From Octopus sinensis (taxonomy: Eukaryota): a DNA stretch of 64,000 nt. This document shows, one piece after another, positions 33,424 to 46,439 of this stretch (the first letter of the stretch is position 1; every line of letters starts with the position of its first letter). The notes below the pieces were generated by a model. The model was given only the letters and a program-made list of their open reading frames with translations, made no database searches and was not told where the DNA came from. The stretch is from contig NC_043001.1 of the NCBI RefSeq assembly GCF_006345805.1, forward strand, positions 125,364,001 through 125,428,000, given 5' to 3'. The translations under genes were made by a program, and so were the position numbers.

Positions 33424-34619
33424 ATGTCGACTATACGTAGGGCTTATATGGAATTGTCGAATGGGATCAGGGGCCTTCGTTTACATAGGGACCAGACTCC
33501 TCAGGCTTCGGCATCCACTTCGTCAAAGGATGCTTCGATTACGACACAAATTCCTTCGTTAATCTCATCTAAGTCAACCGTGCCCAATACTTTGTCTTCA
33601 ACAACTGGGGTTGGAGGCAAAATCTTGCGTCTTTCGAAACCAAACCAGACCTACAACAGCAATGTTATTAACACGTCGTCTTCTTCAACCTCTTCGACTG
33701 TATCATCAGTTGCCATTCGAAGGATGCGAATATTAAATGGGCGGTATAGCCCCACATCTGTCCAAGAATTATTTTTAGACGAGAAATTTCTGTCCCGCTT
33801 CTTTTCGTATTTTTCGCCTCAGGAGAAAGGTGACTTAGCACGAGTGTGTAAACGATGGAGAAATATTCTATATAACGTGTGTTACTGGACAGATGTCATA
33901 CCTGTTATATCATGTCGAAAATGGTGTAACGATGTAGAAGGCAGAAATAAATTTTTCGAAAGCCTAATTCTGCGAGGCTTTGACTCGATATGTTTATTTG
34001 GGGCGACAGACGAAGATATTCAGGACTTTGTTAACAATTTCCCCCCTTGTAGGAAACAAATTCGGTCTATCAGTGTACGTTGTTCAAATGTAACGGATGT
34101 CGGGCTCGAATTGATGTTTAAGAAAATGACTTCTGTTTATCGTTTGGAACTTTCTGGTTGTAATGAAATCACAGAGACAGGTTTGTGGTCGTGTTTGAAC
34201 CCCAAAATTGTCTCACTTTCTGTAAGCGACTGCATCAATGTAGCAGACGATACGGTCGGCGCCATAGCACAGTTACTTCCGTCTCTGTACGAACTTAATC
34301 TTCAAGCCTACCATGTTACAGATGCTGCTCTTTCTTTCTTCAGTGCCAAACAGAGCTATACCTTATGCATTCTTCGTCTGCAGTCGTGTTGGGAAATTAC
34401 TAATCACGGTATAGTAAATATTGTACATTCGTTACCAAATCTTACCGTCCTCAGTCTATCAGGCTGCAGTAAAATAACAGATGACGGAGTTGAACTTATA
34501 GCGGAAAATCTTCGGAAGTTACGCCTTTTGGACTTATCTTGGTGTCCTAAAATTACCGACGCCTCTTTGGAATATATTGCTTGCGATTTAAGTCAACTAC
34601 AAGAACTTGTTTTGGACAG
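33424..34619 (+). CDS. FBXL16: F-box/LRR-repeat protein 16, first large coding exon (gene continues beyond this exon)
   Basis: Stop-free frame: MSTIRRAYMELSNGIRGL, a Ser/Thr-rich linker, an F-box (LFLDEKFLSRFFSYF...LARVCKRWRNILY), then AMN1-type LRRs (LELSGCNEITETGLW, LSVSDCINVADD, LNLQAYHVTD, LRLQSCWEITNHG, LSLSGCSKITDDG, LDLSWCPKITDASLEYIACDL..LQELVLDR). These match the FBXL16 family as I recall it. The exon ends GACAG|GTAAAT (phase-2 donor). The ORF-track start at 33403 is a GTG; the first ATG is 33424. Confidence 0.93.
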
Positions 34620-34868
34620 GTAAATCACAATTTATCTTATTTCCTCTTTTCATTGATTTTATTGATTTGACTTCATGCTTTGTCTTATAGGACACGTGAA
34701 ACACACACACATACACACACACACATAAATATATATTCATCCATATATACAAACATACATGCATTTATATCCTTTCTTGCTAAGCCGATTTAGCCTCTTT
34801 CACAATTCCCTGTATGCATCTCTTCTAATTTACTAAAGGCATTCTAAGCCTTTTGTAACACTGTTGTA

Positions 34869-34934
<66 letters not shown>

Positions 34935-34941
34935 GTATTTT

Positions 34942-35029
<88 letters not shown>

Positions 35030-35080
35030 GTATATATATGTATATATGTATATGTGTATATATGTATATATATGTATATA

Positions 35081-35156
<76 letters not shown>

Positions 35157-35159
<3 letters not shown>

Positions 35160-35340
35160 TTTTTTCCTCCGTCTTCCCTTCTCTGGATCTTTCCTTCTCC
35201 TATGTTTCTGACGAAGAGCTCCGCTCGAAACGTTAAACCCTCCTTCTTCCCTTCCTTCCTGAGCGTCCAATAATACTATATTTGTTCCACGTCTTCGCAT
35301 TGTTGTGTTTTCTCTTTGTGTTTTCATGTTTGGATTAACT
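35157..35340 (+). mobile_element. About 185-bp non-coding element flanked by (TA)n and carrying a hammerhead motif (retrozyme/mini-PLE-like)
   Basis: Homologous to 19235-19430. 3' end TTTGGATTAAC(TA)n, also seen alone at about 22908-22920. Confidence 0.75.
35204..35238 (+). ncRNA. Minimal type-I hammerhead ribozyme (canonical CUGACGA core plus an extra A)
   Basis: GTTT-CTGACGA-A-GAGC-TCC-GCTC-GAAA-CG-T-T-AAAC. Predicted cleavage 3' of U35234. Confidence 0.72.
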
Positions 35341-36242
35341 ATATATATATATATATATATATATACTGTTGAATTATATGTGTGTGTGTAGTAATATGCT
35401 AAAAGATGATCATTCAATTGACCACATCCATTTCCGTTTACAAACTTGACCTTGACCTTTTATTTATCTTTACAAAAATTGTTCTTTTCTTTCCAGTAAT
35501 CTACAGTTTAAATCGATCCGGTTACAAACCCTACTCATAACTTATTGAACATTTTGTTTTCTTTTTTTTTGAGGGGCGGAAAAATTCATTTGCAGTTGTT
35601 TTTACACGTATTAACAATTTCATGGCGTAAGGGATAAAATATAAATGAAAATCAACAGACATTAGTATCGAAGTGTTATTTTATTAGGTCGATTGGAATT
35701 ATTATATTCGCTGTGATTTAAACCTCTAATGTCCTTGATAAACATCTTAATAGCTACGTCTCCTTTATTCTCTTCTATAAACCAGATGCCATGTGCCTAA
35801 TCAAAAGAAATCAATATTTATTTCTTCCTTTCTTTTCAAACAAATCAATAATGATGTTGTTCTTTTAACGACCACCGTTAAAGCAAGAGTTTAACAACTC
35901 TTGGAGAATCGATTACGTGAACCGGTTTCGATAGCTGTTTCAAGACATTTTCATTTTTAGGCTTATGTGTATTTTCCTTGTCTTCATTCACATCTATTTC
36001 TCATAGGAATTTTAAATCAACTACAGTTCTTGGTTGGTACCCTGTTTTATTCGACCCTGGAACGAAGTCACGTCAAGTAAACTATGATCAAATTTGAACT
36101 CAAAGCCGAAAAAAACTGGCTGCATCTAAATACCACAAAACGTTTTGTTCGACGCTCTAACATCACAGCCTCATTTTGTCATCGCTTAAAAGTCTGAAGT
36201 CTTACGTTTATGCAAAAATAAATAACTAAATAGTAAATGAAA

Positions 36243-37600
36243 GGTGGCGAGCTGGCAAAATCGTTTGCGTGGTCAGACAAAATGCTTAGCGGCTTTCCTT
36301 CCGGTCCTTTACGTTCTGAGTTCAAATTCGCTTAGACCGGCTTTGCTTTCCATCTTTCCAGGGTCAATAAAATAAGTACCAGTTGAACAATGGGTCGATA
36401 TAATCGACTTACCTACCCCTTGTTGTGCCAAAATAAGAAAGTATTGTTGTTGTTATTATTATTGGGTGGTGAGAATACCCAATAATTCGAGTGTGATATT
36501 GGGTCAGTTACTTCATGATATTAAATATTTTAAGCTCATTATATGTGACAGAAGAAGGCGACAGGCATATTAAAATTGGTGCTAATCATGTCTAATCTTA
36601 GTAGTTGATTCTATTGTTCATGTTTTCGAGTTCAAATTCTTCCAAGGTCAACGTCTCTCATCCTGACTCTGTCACTAAAATAAGTACCAGTAATAAGCAT
36701 AAGGATTATTCAATCGACTATATTCTATTGCTTTCACAAAACTGACCTTGTATTTACCTAAAAGAAGCCATTGGCAGAATCGTTAGAGTGTCGAATTAAA
36801 TGTTTTTGGGGTATTTAGTTACAGCCCTTTACATAAGTTCTGTGTTCAAATCCCGTCTAGATTGTATTTGTCATTCATCTTTCCTGGGTTGATTAAAATA
36901 AAGTACCTGTTAAGTACTGAGGTTGATATGACTGACCACTCCCTACAGCCAAAAACTTCTGGCCTTCTGCTTCTGTTTCTGCCCCTCGCCCTAATTTTTA
37001 GTTTTGTGTCAGTGTTAGAAATATGCTCATTATAATTACTTGCTTTTTGTGAATACGAGAGAAGTATCAGAGCATATGACTAAATGCTTCACAGTATTTA
37101 CTTTGGTTTTTCTAAGATTTGAATTCAAATCATATTGGACTGACTTTACCTTTCATCCTTCCCTAACTGATAAAACAGTAGATTAAAATGCCTAATAAAA
37201 ATTCACCCTGAAGTATGGTACCCATTAGCAACAGCCTAGGACAGGGATCAGAAATAGATGGTTAGCAGACCTTGCAGTTGGGCCACTGAGGTGTTTTCTG
37301 GGGTGCTCTGACCTTATCTAAATGTCGATCTGTGTTTGTTTTGAGTTCAAATCCTGGTAGGTTTCATTTTTGCCTTTTATCCTTCAAATGTCAAAATTGG
37401 CTTAGAAGATTTTAAACTCAATTAGCTATATGTTTGCGGTTTTATGTACCAATTGGGAAAACAAAGGTTCACTTTCTTTTGTTTTCTTTTCTTTTAGTCT
37501 TCTGAGTTCAAACCCTGCTGAACTTCACAGCACTTTTCATTCCTCTTGGGACAATAAAATATCATTTATATACTGGAATCAATTTCTATCAACTCTGTCC
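36243..37600 (+). mobile_element. Cluster of about six old, partial SINE-A copies
   Basis: Recurrent GAGTTCAAAT B-box and ATAA.TAC motif at about 36320, 36630, 36845, 37120, 37345 and 37505. Confidence 0.6.
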
Positions 37601-38207
37601 GTCTTAAAAAATATGCAGCTTATTACCTGTGGAAGAAACTAGCATTTAATGCAAGAATGACTACAAGAGTGTGCAAGACAAGCCTGAGTTCACAGCTCAG
37701 AGTGAAGCAGATTAGAAATAAATCTTCAACCTCTATCACAGGTAACACTGCCTGGTGATTTGGTATCCATTACCTACTGCTAGGGCACGAGCAAATGTTA
37801 AAACTTCTGAAGTGGGCCATTACAAAAAGAAGTTGCTAATTTCTGTACTTGGGGAACTGCGGAAATTTAGAATAAAATGTTCTGCTCTGAAATTTATCAA
37901 AATTTTTAGAGTGGATTGGAACACCTGACTCACGAATAAATAGTCCGATACCTTACCTACTTGTTCATTTCACAGAATAGCATCTATTAAATTTTTTTCA
38001 AGTAAACTTAAGTCATAAAGATAACTTATCAATTACAAAAGGAATGTCCTATGTACTTCTGGATATGCTACATAACTCATAGAATGTTTGGTATATGGTT
38101 CATAGTTGTACTTCTTCATTCAATTTGCAGTCAAATCATGGATATTTTATCATTGTTGATGGACATGCTGCTTGAAAATCTATGTTCATTAGCAAAAAAA
38201 CAAAAAA

Positions 38208-38619
38208 AGTGGCTGTGTGGTAAGTAGCTTGCTAACCAACCACATGGTTCTGGGTTCAGTCCCACTGCGTGGCATCTTGGGCAAGTGTCTTCTGCTATAG
38301 CCCCGGGCCGACCAATGCCTTGTGAGTGGATTTGGTAGACGGAAACTGAAAGAAGCCTGTCGTATATATGTATATATATGTGAGTGTGTGTGTATATGTT
38401 TGTGTGTCTGTGTTTGTCTCCCTAGCATTGCTTGACAACCGATGCTGGTGTGTTTCCGTCCCCGTCACTTAGCGGTTCGGCAAAAGAGACTGATAGAATA
38501 AGTACTGGGCTTACAAAGAATAAGTCCCGGGGTCGATTTGCTCAACTAAAGGCGGTGCTCCAGCATGGTCGCAGTCAAATTACTGAAACAAGTAAAAGAG
38601 TAAAAGAGAGTAAAGAGTA
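38208..38619 (+). mobile_element. SINE family B, full copy
   Basis: Same architecture as 3995-4413. Confidence 0.88.
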
Positions 38620-40854
38620 ATGGAAAGAAGCAGTAAGGACTTTGTTGTGTAGATATTTTGTTATAAGATTATGGTGAGTGACTACATAGCTGCTCAATCA
38701 CTGGTTTGTAAATACTGGTAATGTAATCTAAATGTTTCACAAGTTTTAGTTGCTAGGTTGTTACTGGGTTGTCACCGTTGTTTAGTCTCAGGTCAATCCT
38801 GATTGAGGAATCATGGTCTCACCTGTTGTACATGACAGATGAGGGCTTTGTAAGTAATTTGTTATCGAACAACCTGCACAAATTATTTGTTTATAGGGAT
38901 CAAATGTTTGTGCTGTACATTGACTTACTACCTCCATCAAATCAACATTGCTTGTACAGGTGCACAGCATGCCAATGTCAGACGTTGAAGTTATCGCAGA
39001 GAAATGTGAGATGACGTGATTTGCTCAAGAACACAGTGTACCGCCTGGTCCTGAAATCAAACCCACGATCTCACAGTTATGCATACAACACTGTAACCAC
39101 TTGGCCACACACCCTCATATTTTAGCAATAGCATTGAGGGACTAGTAGAGTGCTGAAAAAGCTGCTTTGTGGCATCTCTTTCTGCTCTTTTCATTCTGTC
39201 TTGGTACCAATGTCCAGGACTAATCACCTGAACATGAAAGCACTCCATTCAACTTACAGTTGGTCACTATGGTCAGGCAGGCCTGCAACTAGAATATAGA
39301 TAAGCTGGTAGCAGTATGCTAAGGTTTCATCCAGAAGGGGATTAACAACAGTTGATTGGACTGTAATAAAGAGAAAATGTACTCTGATCAATGTCATTCA
39401 ATGTGTTCCCCACCTTTTATTTTTTTTACCGTTTTAAGACAGTAAGTTTTGGTTCCAGAGTTATTTATCAGTTATTACTAGCAGTTTGAATGACCACATA
39501 GAGATTCCTTCCCTGGTTTGTATGTTAATCAGACGAGAGAGTTTAATCTACCCCTTTACAGAATTCTGTCTATTGTTGGTAATACACCAAGATAAACTGG
39601 ATTAAGAGAACTAGAGTACATTAAGTATATAATGTTCTGTACAGAAACACAATCATATACTCACAGGAGATTTGAACTTGTTATCTATGAGTTTGTCATT
39701 ATACCTCACTGATTTGGCCATATCAGAAGTTCCACAAGTCAATAAGGTGGCCTGTATGTGGATTCCAAATCTCTCTCAAATCACACCCATGCATTCTTTA
39801 AAACAAAAGAAAGAAACATATTGAACAATATAATCCTAGGTATATAAATCGAAGAGGTGGTCATGGTTAGAGAGCTTGGATTATTGGCTTACTCAATCAA
39901 CACAGTTTGAGGTTAAAAAACAAACATGACATACAATAAAGAAGCCTCTACACAGTCACTCAACCTACGATAATTATTACCCTATCATTTCAAAAAAGGA
40001 CATGCTAGATAATGTACTCCAAGACACATTATTCATGAAAATATGATAGGTTAACCATGTCTTGAATATCTTTGGTTATAGTTCTGCCTAATCAGTGCTG
40101 ACACAGCCCCAAAACCCCACTGAGGTTTGAGTAAGTTATACTTTCTCCCTTGTGAACACAGTATGGCCAAATGGTTAAAAATGTTCGCTTTGTAATTACA
40201 AGGGCCCAAGTTCAGTTATGCTATGTGCATCTCAAGCAAGTGTTATTTACCATAATATCAGAATGACCCAAACCCTGTGCATGAAATGGCATTGAAAGAA
40301 ACTGTACTGGAGGCCATCTGGTGGCTTTTACTTGGAATTTAAATGGCCTAGCCTTGTCACACTATATCATGCTGATACAGCTTAAAGATTACATGATAAG
40401 TACATGTGTCTGTGGAATACACAGCCACTTACACATCAATTCAATTGTTCAGATAATCAAACAACTAATTACTCATTGTAGAAATTTAGAGAGATCCACT
40501 TGCTTAATTATCTCCATCAACACCTTACAAGAAAGTTACAAAGCCTAGAGATTCTTCTTGTTATCATTGTTTCACCCTGGGTCAACCCTGATCAACCAAA
40601 CCTATATGCAAAGGTATTTCAACTAAAACTCTCCAATTTTTTTTTTTTGGTGGGGGGGGGGGTGAGTGTGTAAGACTACATTATCTAACATGTCCTTGTT
40701 TTAGTTAAGGTTGTAGAGTAAATTATCTTATGTGTCCTTGCTTTATTTAAGATTCTAGAATGCCATTTGATAGAGATTTGGCTGCTTTTTCTAGTATGTC
40801 AAGTTACCACATAAAGGTTCTTGTGACAGCTTATTATTATTATTATTATTATTA

Positions 40855-41048
40855 TTGTCTTGCAAACAACTGATCTAGCAAGCGGGGCCTCATATCAGTG
40901 AGGGGGGGCCGGTGCGCATTGATGCCGTCGAGAGGTAGGCCCCGAAACGGCGCGCATTCTCTCCTGATGACCCCATACACTTGCTGGCTTCCGGTATACA
41001 GAGCTTTTGACTGGTAGTACTTGCATGTGCAAGTTGTTTGCAAGACAA
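40855..41048. mobile_element. About 195-bp GC-rich insert with 17-bp TIRs, between about 118-bp direct repeats
   Basis: TTGTCTTGCAAACAACT (40855-40871) / AGTTGTTTGCAAGACAA (41032-41048). 40720-40837 is repeated at 41047-41164 with about 2 mismatches. Confidence 0.75.
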
Positions 41049-41611
41049 ATTATCTTATGTGTCCTTGCTTTATTTAAGATTCTAGAATGTCATTTGATAG
41101 AGATTTGGCTGCTTTTTCTTGTATGTCAAGTTACCACATAAAGGTTCTTGTGACAGCTTATTATTGTTGTGGTATGTATCATTATTATTATTATTGTTTG
41201 TAGGGAGATGGAGTAACAGAAATGATAGAAAGCAGAACAAAATAGCTTGCAGTATTTAGCTATAGACCTTTACATTCTGAATTCATATCCCACCAGATTT
41301 GACCCTTGCCTTTGCTCATTCCAGGGTTGATAAAATAGGTATTTGTTTGATATTGGGGTCGACTGTAGCAACTACACCTTTCATTGAAAACAGGTGGCCT
41401 TGTACCAATTTTATACATGTTGTTATTGTTATTGTTATGGTGATGACTTCACAGTAAAATGTATTTGTAATGCGGCTTCATTTGCTAGTCAGATACATCT
41501 CCTTTCATTCTATTGCTCTTGCTTTTCATATTCCTTGATAAAGGTAACAAACATTACAGCTTTCACTTCTTTCTTCAGTCCTAAAGATATGAGACTGTTG
41601 TTATAAATAGA

Positions 41612-41999
41612 GTGGAGGCGCAATGGCCCAGTGGTTAGGGCAGTGGACTCGCGGTTTCCTAGACCGGGCGTTGTGAGTGTTTATTGAGCGAAAACACCTA
41701 AAAGCTCCACGAGGCTCCGGCAGGGGATGGTGGTGGTGATCCCTGCTGTACTCTTTCACCACAACTTTCTCTCACTCTTACTTCCTGTTTCTGTTGTACC
41801 TTTTTTTCAAGAGGCTGGCCTTGTCACTCTCTGTGTCATGATGAATATCCCCGAGAACTACGTTAAGGGTGCACGTGTCTGTGGAGTGCTCAGCCACTTA
41901 CAAGTTAATTTCACGAGCAGGCTGTTCTGTTGATTCGGATCAACCGGAACCCTCATCGTCATAACCAACAGAGTGCTTCTTCTTCTTCTTCTTCTTCTT
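41612..41999 (+). mobile_element. Chimeric SINE (family-C head + family-D tail) with 11-bp TSD
   Basis: The head matches 14615 and the tail matches 14200-14390. (TTC)n tail. TSD TTATAAATAGA at 41601-41611 and 42000-42010. Confidence 0.85.
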
Positions 42000-43199
42000 T
42001 TATAAATAGAAATCTTTATTGTATAGTTTTATGATGGCCATGAGGTAGCAGAAGTAGTTGGTCCCTTTATCAAAATACCTTTCAGTGTATAATTCTTAGC
42101 ATTTTATACCAGTAGACCCAGCAGACACTATGGCCAAATGGTTGAGAAGTTCTCTTCTCAATCACATGGCTCATAGTTCAAACCCACTGATTGGCATTTT
42201 GGATAAGTGTCTTTTACTATAACCTCAAGTTATAGTCTTTTAATATAACCTCAATGTCTTGTGAGTGAAACTGGATTGTTGGAAACTGTGTGGAAGCATG
42301 TCCAATGAATTGTATGTATACTTTAAATTCTGGCTTTGTCATACTGTGTCACACCTATGTGTCTATCAATCCCACTGATGCAGGTCTCCTTAGCTATATA
42401 TGTCTGTGGAGTACTCAAGGGGATAGGCAGTTCAGTTGACCAAATAACTGAAGATTCACACTTGGAAATTCAAGATCTATTTCCCCCACTAGATCCTGTG
42501 AAATACATACCAGTTGTGTATTGAAGTGAAAGACTGGTAAATACTTCATCAATGCCACATATAAAAGTGGAATCAGCTGAAAATTTGTGAAAGGGGTTGT
42601 GGTCCACTTGCAACAAATGGAAATGTTAAAAGAACATAATATAGAATTGTTTTTTTGTGGTTGACAGTCCAAACCATGAATCACTTTCTATAAAAATGTG
42701 GGAAGATTTGATAGAGATGCAAAATAATTCTTTCTGATTTTGACACAAGGCCACCAAATTTAGAGGGTGGGGATTAGTCAATTACATCGATACCCAGAAC
42801 TTGACTAGTACTTATTTTATCGACCCCAAAAGAATGAAAGGCAAAGTTGACCTCAGCAGGATTTGAACTCAGAATGTAAAGAGTCACAAGAAATTAAGCA
42901 TTTTGTCTGATGTGCTAGCAATTCTGCCTGCTCAACACCTTATAGAGACACAAAATAACAAAATTCTTTCTTTATTTTTGTTACAAGGATAACAATTAAG
43001 AAGGCATTACAAAGCAGGTTACAAAAGTGTAGGGATTTTATATAAATTGAATGAAATAGTAACAATATATATATATATATACACTTATGATAAAGTTTCA
43101 GTAGTAAGACAACTACTTAGGGCCAGTCAACAAACCCCACAGATTCAGGTTTAGTCAGGCTACCAAATATGAGTACCTTCCCCCAGCAGCATTCTCTGA

Positions 43200-44120
43200 T
43201 TCATAAGCACTTGAACCATATTCACCACTATCACTCATCATTTAACAAATTTACTGAAGAGTAGTATCTCCCAACCATCCTCACCTTCTCTTCCAAGTGA
43301 ATCTTAGACAAATCAATGAAAGCTGAAGAGAACAGTCTCAGTTGGCAATTCTTCCAGTCTTGCACACTATTCAATATCTTTCATCATAGCCACCAAACAG
43401 AGGAAAACTGCTTGCTCTTCTCAGGCAATGGAAGTGATCTTCATGATGGAGTTGTCTGATTACTAGAGCCATCTCACTTGCAACAACAGCTGATCAACAT
43501 AAAATCTACATATCAGCGATATTCATGCAGTGATACAGAAGAGTGTTGTCGCTTTAAATGTATTTTAGATAGGCTTGCTAATGGCACTCTTATGACTATA
43601 GTTTATCCTGAATTGGCATCGCCTCCCCTCCCCCACCACCACCACCACCACAGGTAACAGTGTCAGGTGAGAAACTTCTGGAAGTTATCCATAGTTCCAG
43701 GGCTGAAAGCCCACTGGAGCAAATCATCCAACTGACTCTCACTGACATCTAAATTTCTCTGTTCTTCATCACCACTAATCATTGAGGAAAGCTAACATGG
43801 AAGTTCCTCAGGTCATATAGTTCCACTGGTAGAAGCTTTAAGTACCAAACAACACCCCAAATGCCAGATACCAATTTTGGATTTTGTATGATTCAGGCCT
43901 GCCGCTCCAAAGAGACATGCTATGGAAGGATGTGCCTAACAAAGAGCCACTGCATCTACTTACTAAGAGAGAAGGTCTGCTGTTACCACAACCTCGTCAC
44001 ATGTCCAGCATAATCAACCACTGCATGCTAAGCTTTCAATATATAAAGTGTTGGCAACAGATAAGCCACCTGACCAGTGGAACACATCCCTAATGTACTG
44101 AAGCCAACTTAACACATACA
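43200..44120 (-). mobile_element. Degenerate Tx1/L1 LINE C-terminal fragment
   Basis: Minus-strand remnants WAFSPGTMDNFQKFL, PIQDKL, FLCLVAMMK...ARL, KIHLEEKVR, homologous to the 6465-7127 C-terminus. Confidence 0.6.
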
Positions 44121-45822
44121 TAGCCTTCTGCCAACATAAGAGATTATAATAAAAGCTTAGAAGGTCACACAGCAGCAGAAATTGTTGAGTACCAGACTAA
44201 ATGTCCTACAAAATATACCTTATGTTCTGAATTCATATCAGAATCCTTCTGTGGTCAATAAAAAAATACTAGGGTCAATTCTATTGACCATATGCTTCCT
44301 TCCCTACTAATTTAAAACCCATGCCTATATGATAAATGTTGTGTTAGTTTAGCCCCAGATCTACTTCAGTCTACCAGTGTTATAGTTAAAGGTCCTATAA
44401 TCATGACTATCCTCTTTTTTAATTTTTCAGATCCTCTGTATCTAGAGTGAAGGTGTGTGTGGCTTAGTAGATACCAAGTTATGGTATCAATTCCTGGACT
44501 GGGTGGTGCATTGCATTCTTGAGCAAAACACTTCATTTCACTTTTATTCCTGTCTACCCAGCTGTAAATGGGTAACCTTTCAATAGGCCTGGATCTCATT
44601 CAGTAGGGTATATTGTGATCTCTGTCACTTATACACCATAAAAACTGGGTAACTGGCCCTATGATTCCTAGGGCTCAAGACAGTATTTACTACACCTTGG
44701 ACACATCATACAATATATGCTCACTTTTTTTGGGGTATGAAAGGATGTAACTTGAGGGATAAAGGGTAAAGAACCCCTTCAGTCATGAATGACCATGGGA
44801 TTGCACCAAGAAAGCTCTCCTCCAAGGCACAAATCTGGGCAAGATTGTTTGTGGAATGGCAACAGTTGCCATGCATACCAGCCTCTCCTCTTCTCTCCTC
44901 TCCATGCCATTGATGTTATCCAAGGGAAAGGCAAAGACCGATAGAGCTCGGCACCAGTGATGTCACAACTCAGTTCTGCAGCTGAATGAACTGGACCAAT
45001 GTGAAATAAAGTGTCTTGCTCAAGGACACAACATATAGCCTAGTCTGGGAATCAAACTCACAACCTGAGAATTGTACACCTAACACCCTAACCACTGTTT
45101 ACCTTCCTTCAATTAATTTGAAATTATTTTTTCTGAAATTGCCTGAGAGGGAGAGAGAGAGAATTATTAACTCTTTAAATTTGATGTACTTCATTTTATA
45201 ACTTATCTCCAAAGAGTAGATGTTAGTTAGATCTACTGCCCTAAGGACTTTAGAAATTTACCTTTAACTGATGTTGTTTCTTCAAATTATTTGCAAATGG
45301 ATCAAAATAACACAAAACCTTCCACTTGACTTCTTTCATATTTACTCATTGATCTTTCGTGGAAGTTATTTGCACTTGAAAATTGTCTTAGCCACGAGGA
45401 AGAAAATAAAAGTTAATCTCTCTCAGTAAATAAATAAATAAATAAATAAATAAAAAGTAATTCTTATTTTCATTGAAGTAACATACATATAATCTCGTTA
45501 ATCTGTTTTAGGATTAATTGGGTTGATAAAAAGTCTATGTCAGTGTTTTGTTTGTTTATATATTTATTTACTTATTTAACTTCTGATTTGGGTTTTTTTT
45601 GTTTTACAACCTTTTCCTAATGTTAGGTGTGTATGTGTGTGTGTGTGTGTGTGTGTTGGTGGTGGTGGGTACAGGGTAGAAGGTGAATGAGAGAGAAAGA
45701 GAGAGAGAGAGAGAAAGAGAAAGTATATTTATTGGCCTTAAAGATTATGTAAGGTGAAAAATGATCAAATAGATAAGATTCTGAGTTACCATTTCAGAAA
45801 GCTGCAGTTCTTTTGTTTACAT

Positions 45823-45883
<61 letters not shown>

Positions 45884-46439
45884 AGCTGCTACTACTACTA
45901 TTACTGTCATTGATAATAATATATCCAAGAAATGCATCTAGACGAACCGGTACCTGAAGAAAATGTGTCCCCTACAGGCACGGGTTGGACGGTTCAACTG
46001 GGGTCTGGGAAGCCAGAAGGCTGCACCAGGCCCAGTCTGATCTGGCAGTGTTTCTACAGCTTGATGCCCTTCCTAACGCCAACCACTCCGTGAGTGTAGT
46101 GGGTGTTTTTTACGTGCCACCTGCACAGGTGCCAGATGAGGCTGGCGAACAGCCACGATCAGATGGTGCTTTTTATGTGCCACCGACACGGGGGCCAGAC
46201 GAGGCTGGCGACGGCCACGTTCGAATGGTTCTCTTACGTGCCACCGGCACTGGTATCACAGCTAAAATTTCCATTGATGTTGATCGATTTCGATTTTGAT
46301 TTTCACTTGCCTCAACAGGTCTTCACAAGCAGGGTTTGTGTCACAAGAAGGAAAGATATGCATAAGTGGGCTGGCTACGTCCCAGGTAGAGGTCACGGGT
46401 ATGCTCATTATATCACATATACAGAGAACACCCAGAGGC

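Noticed and set aside
35918-35950. Minus-strand TTGAAACAGCTATCGAAACCGGTT
   Set aside because: Only the GAAACCGGT half fits; no valid core or stem II.
40944-40980. CGAAAC...CTGATGA as a type-II hammerhead
   Set aside because: The would-be stem II strands are both CCCC and stem III cannot form.
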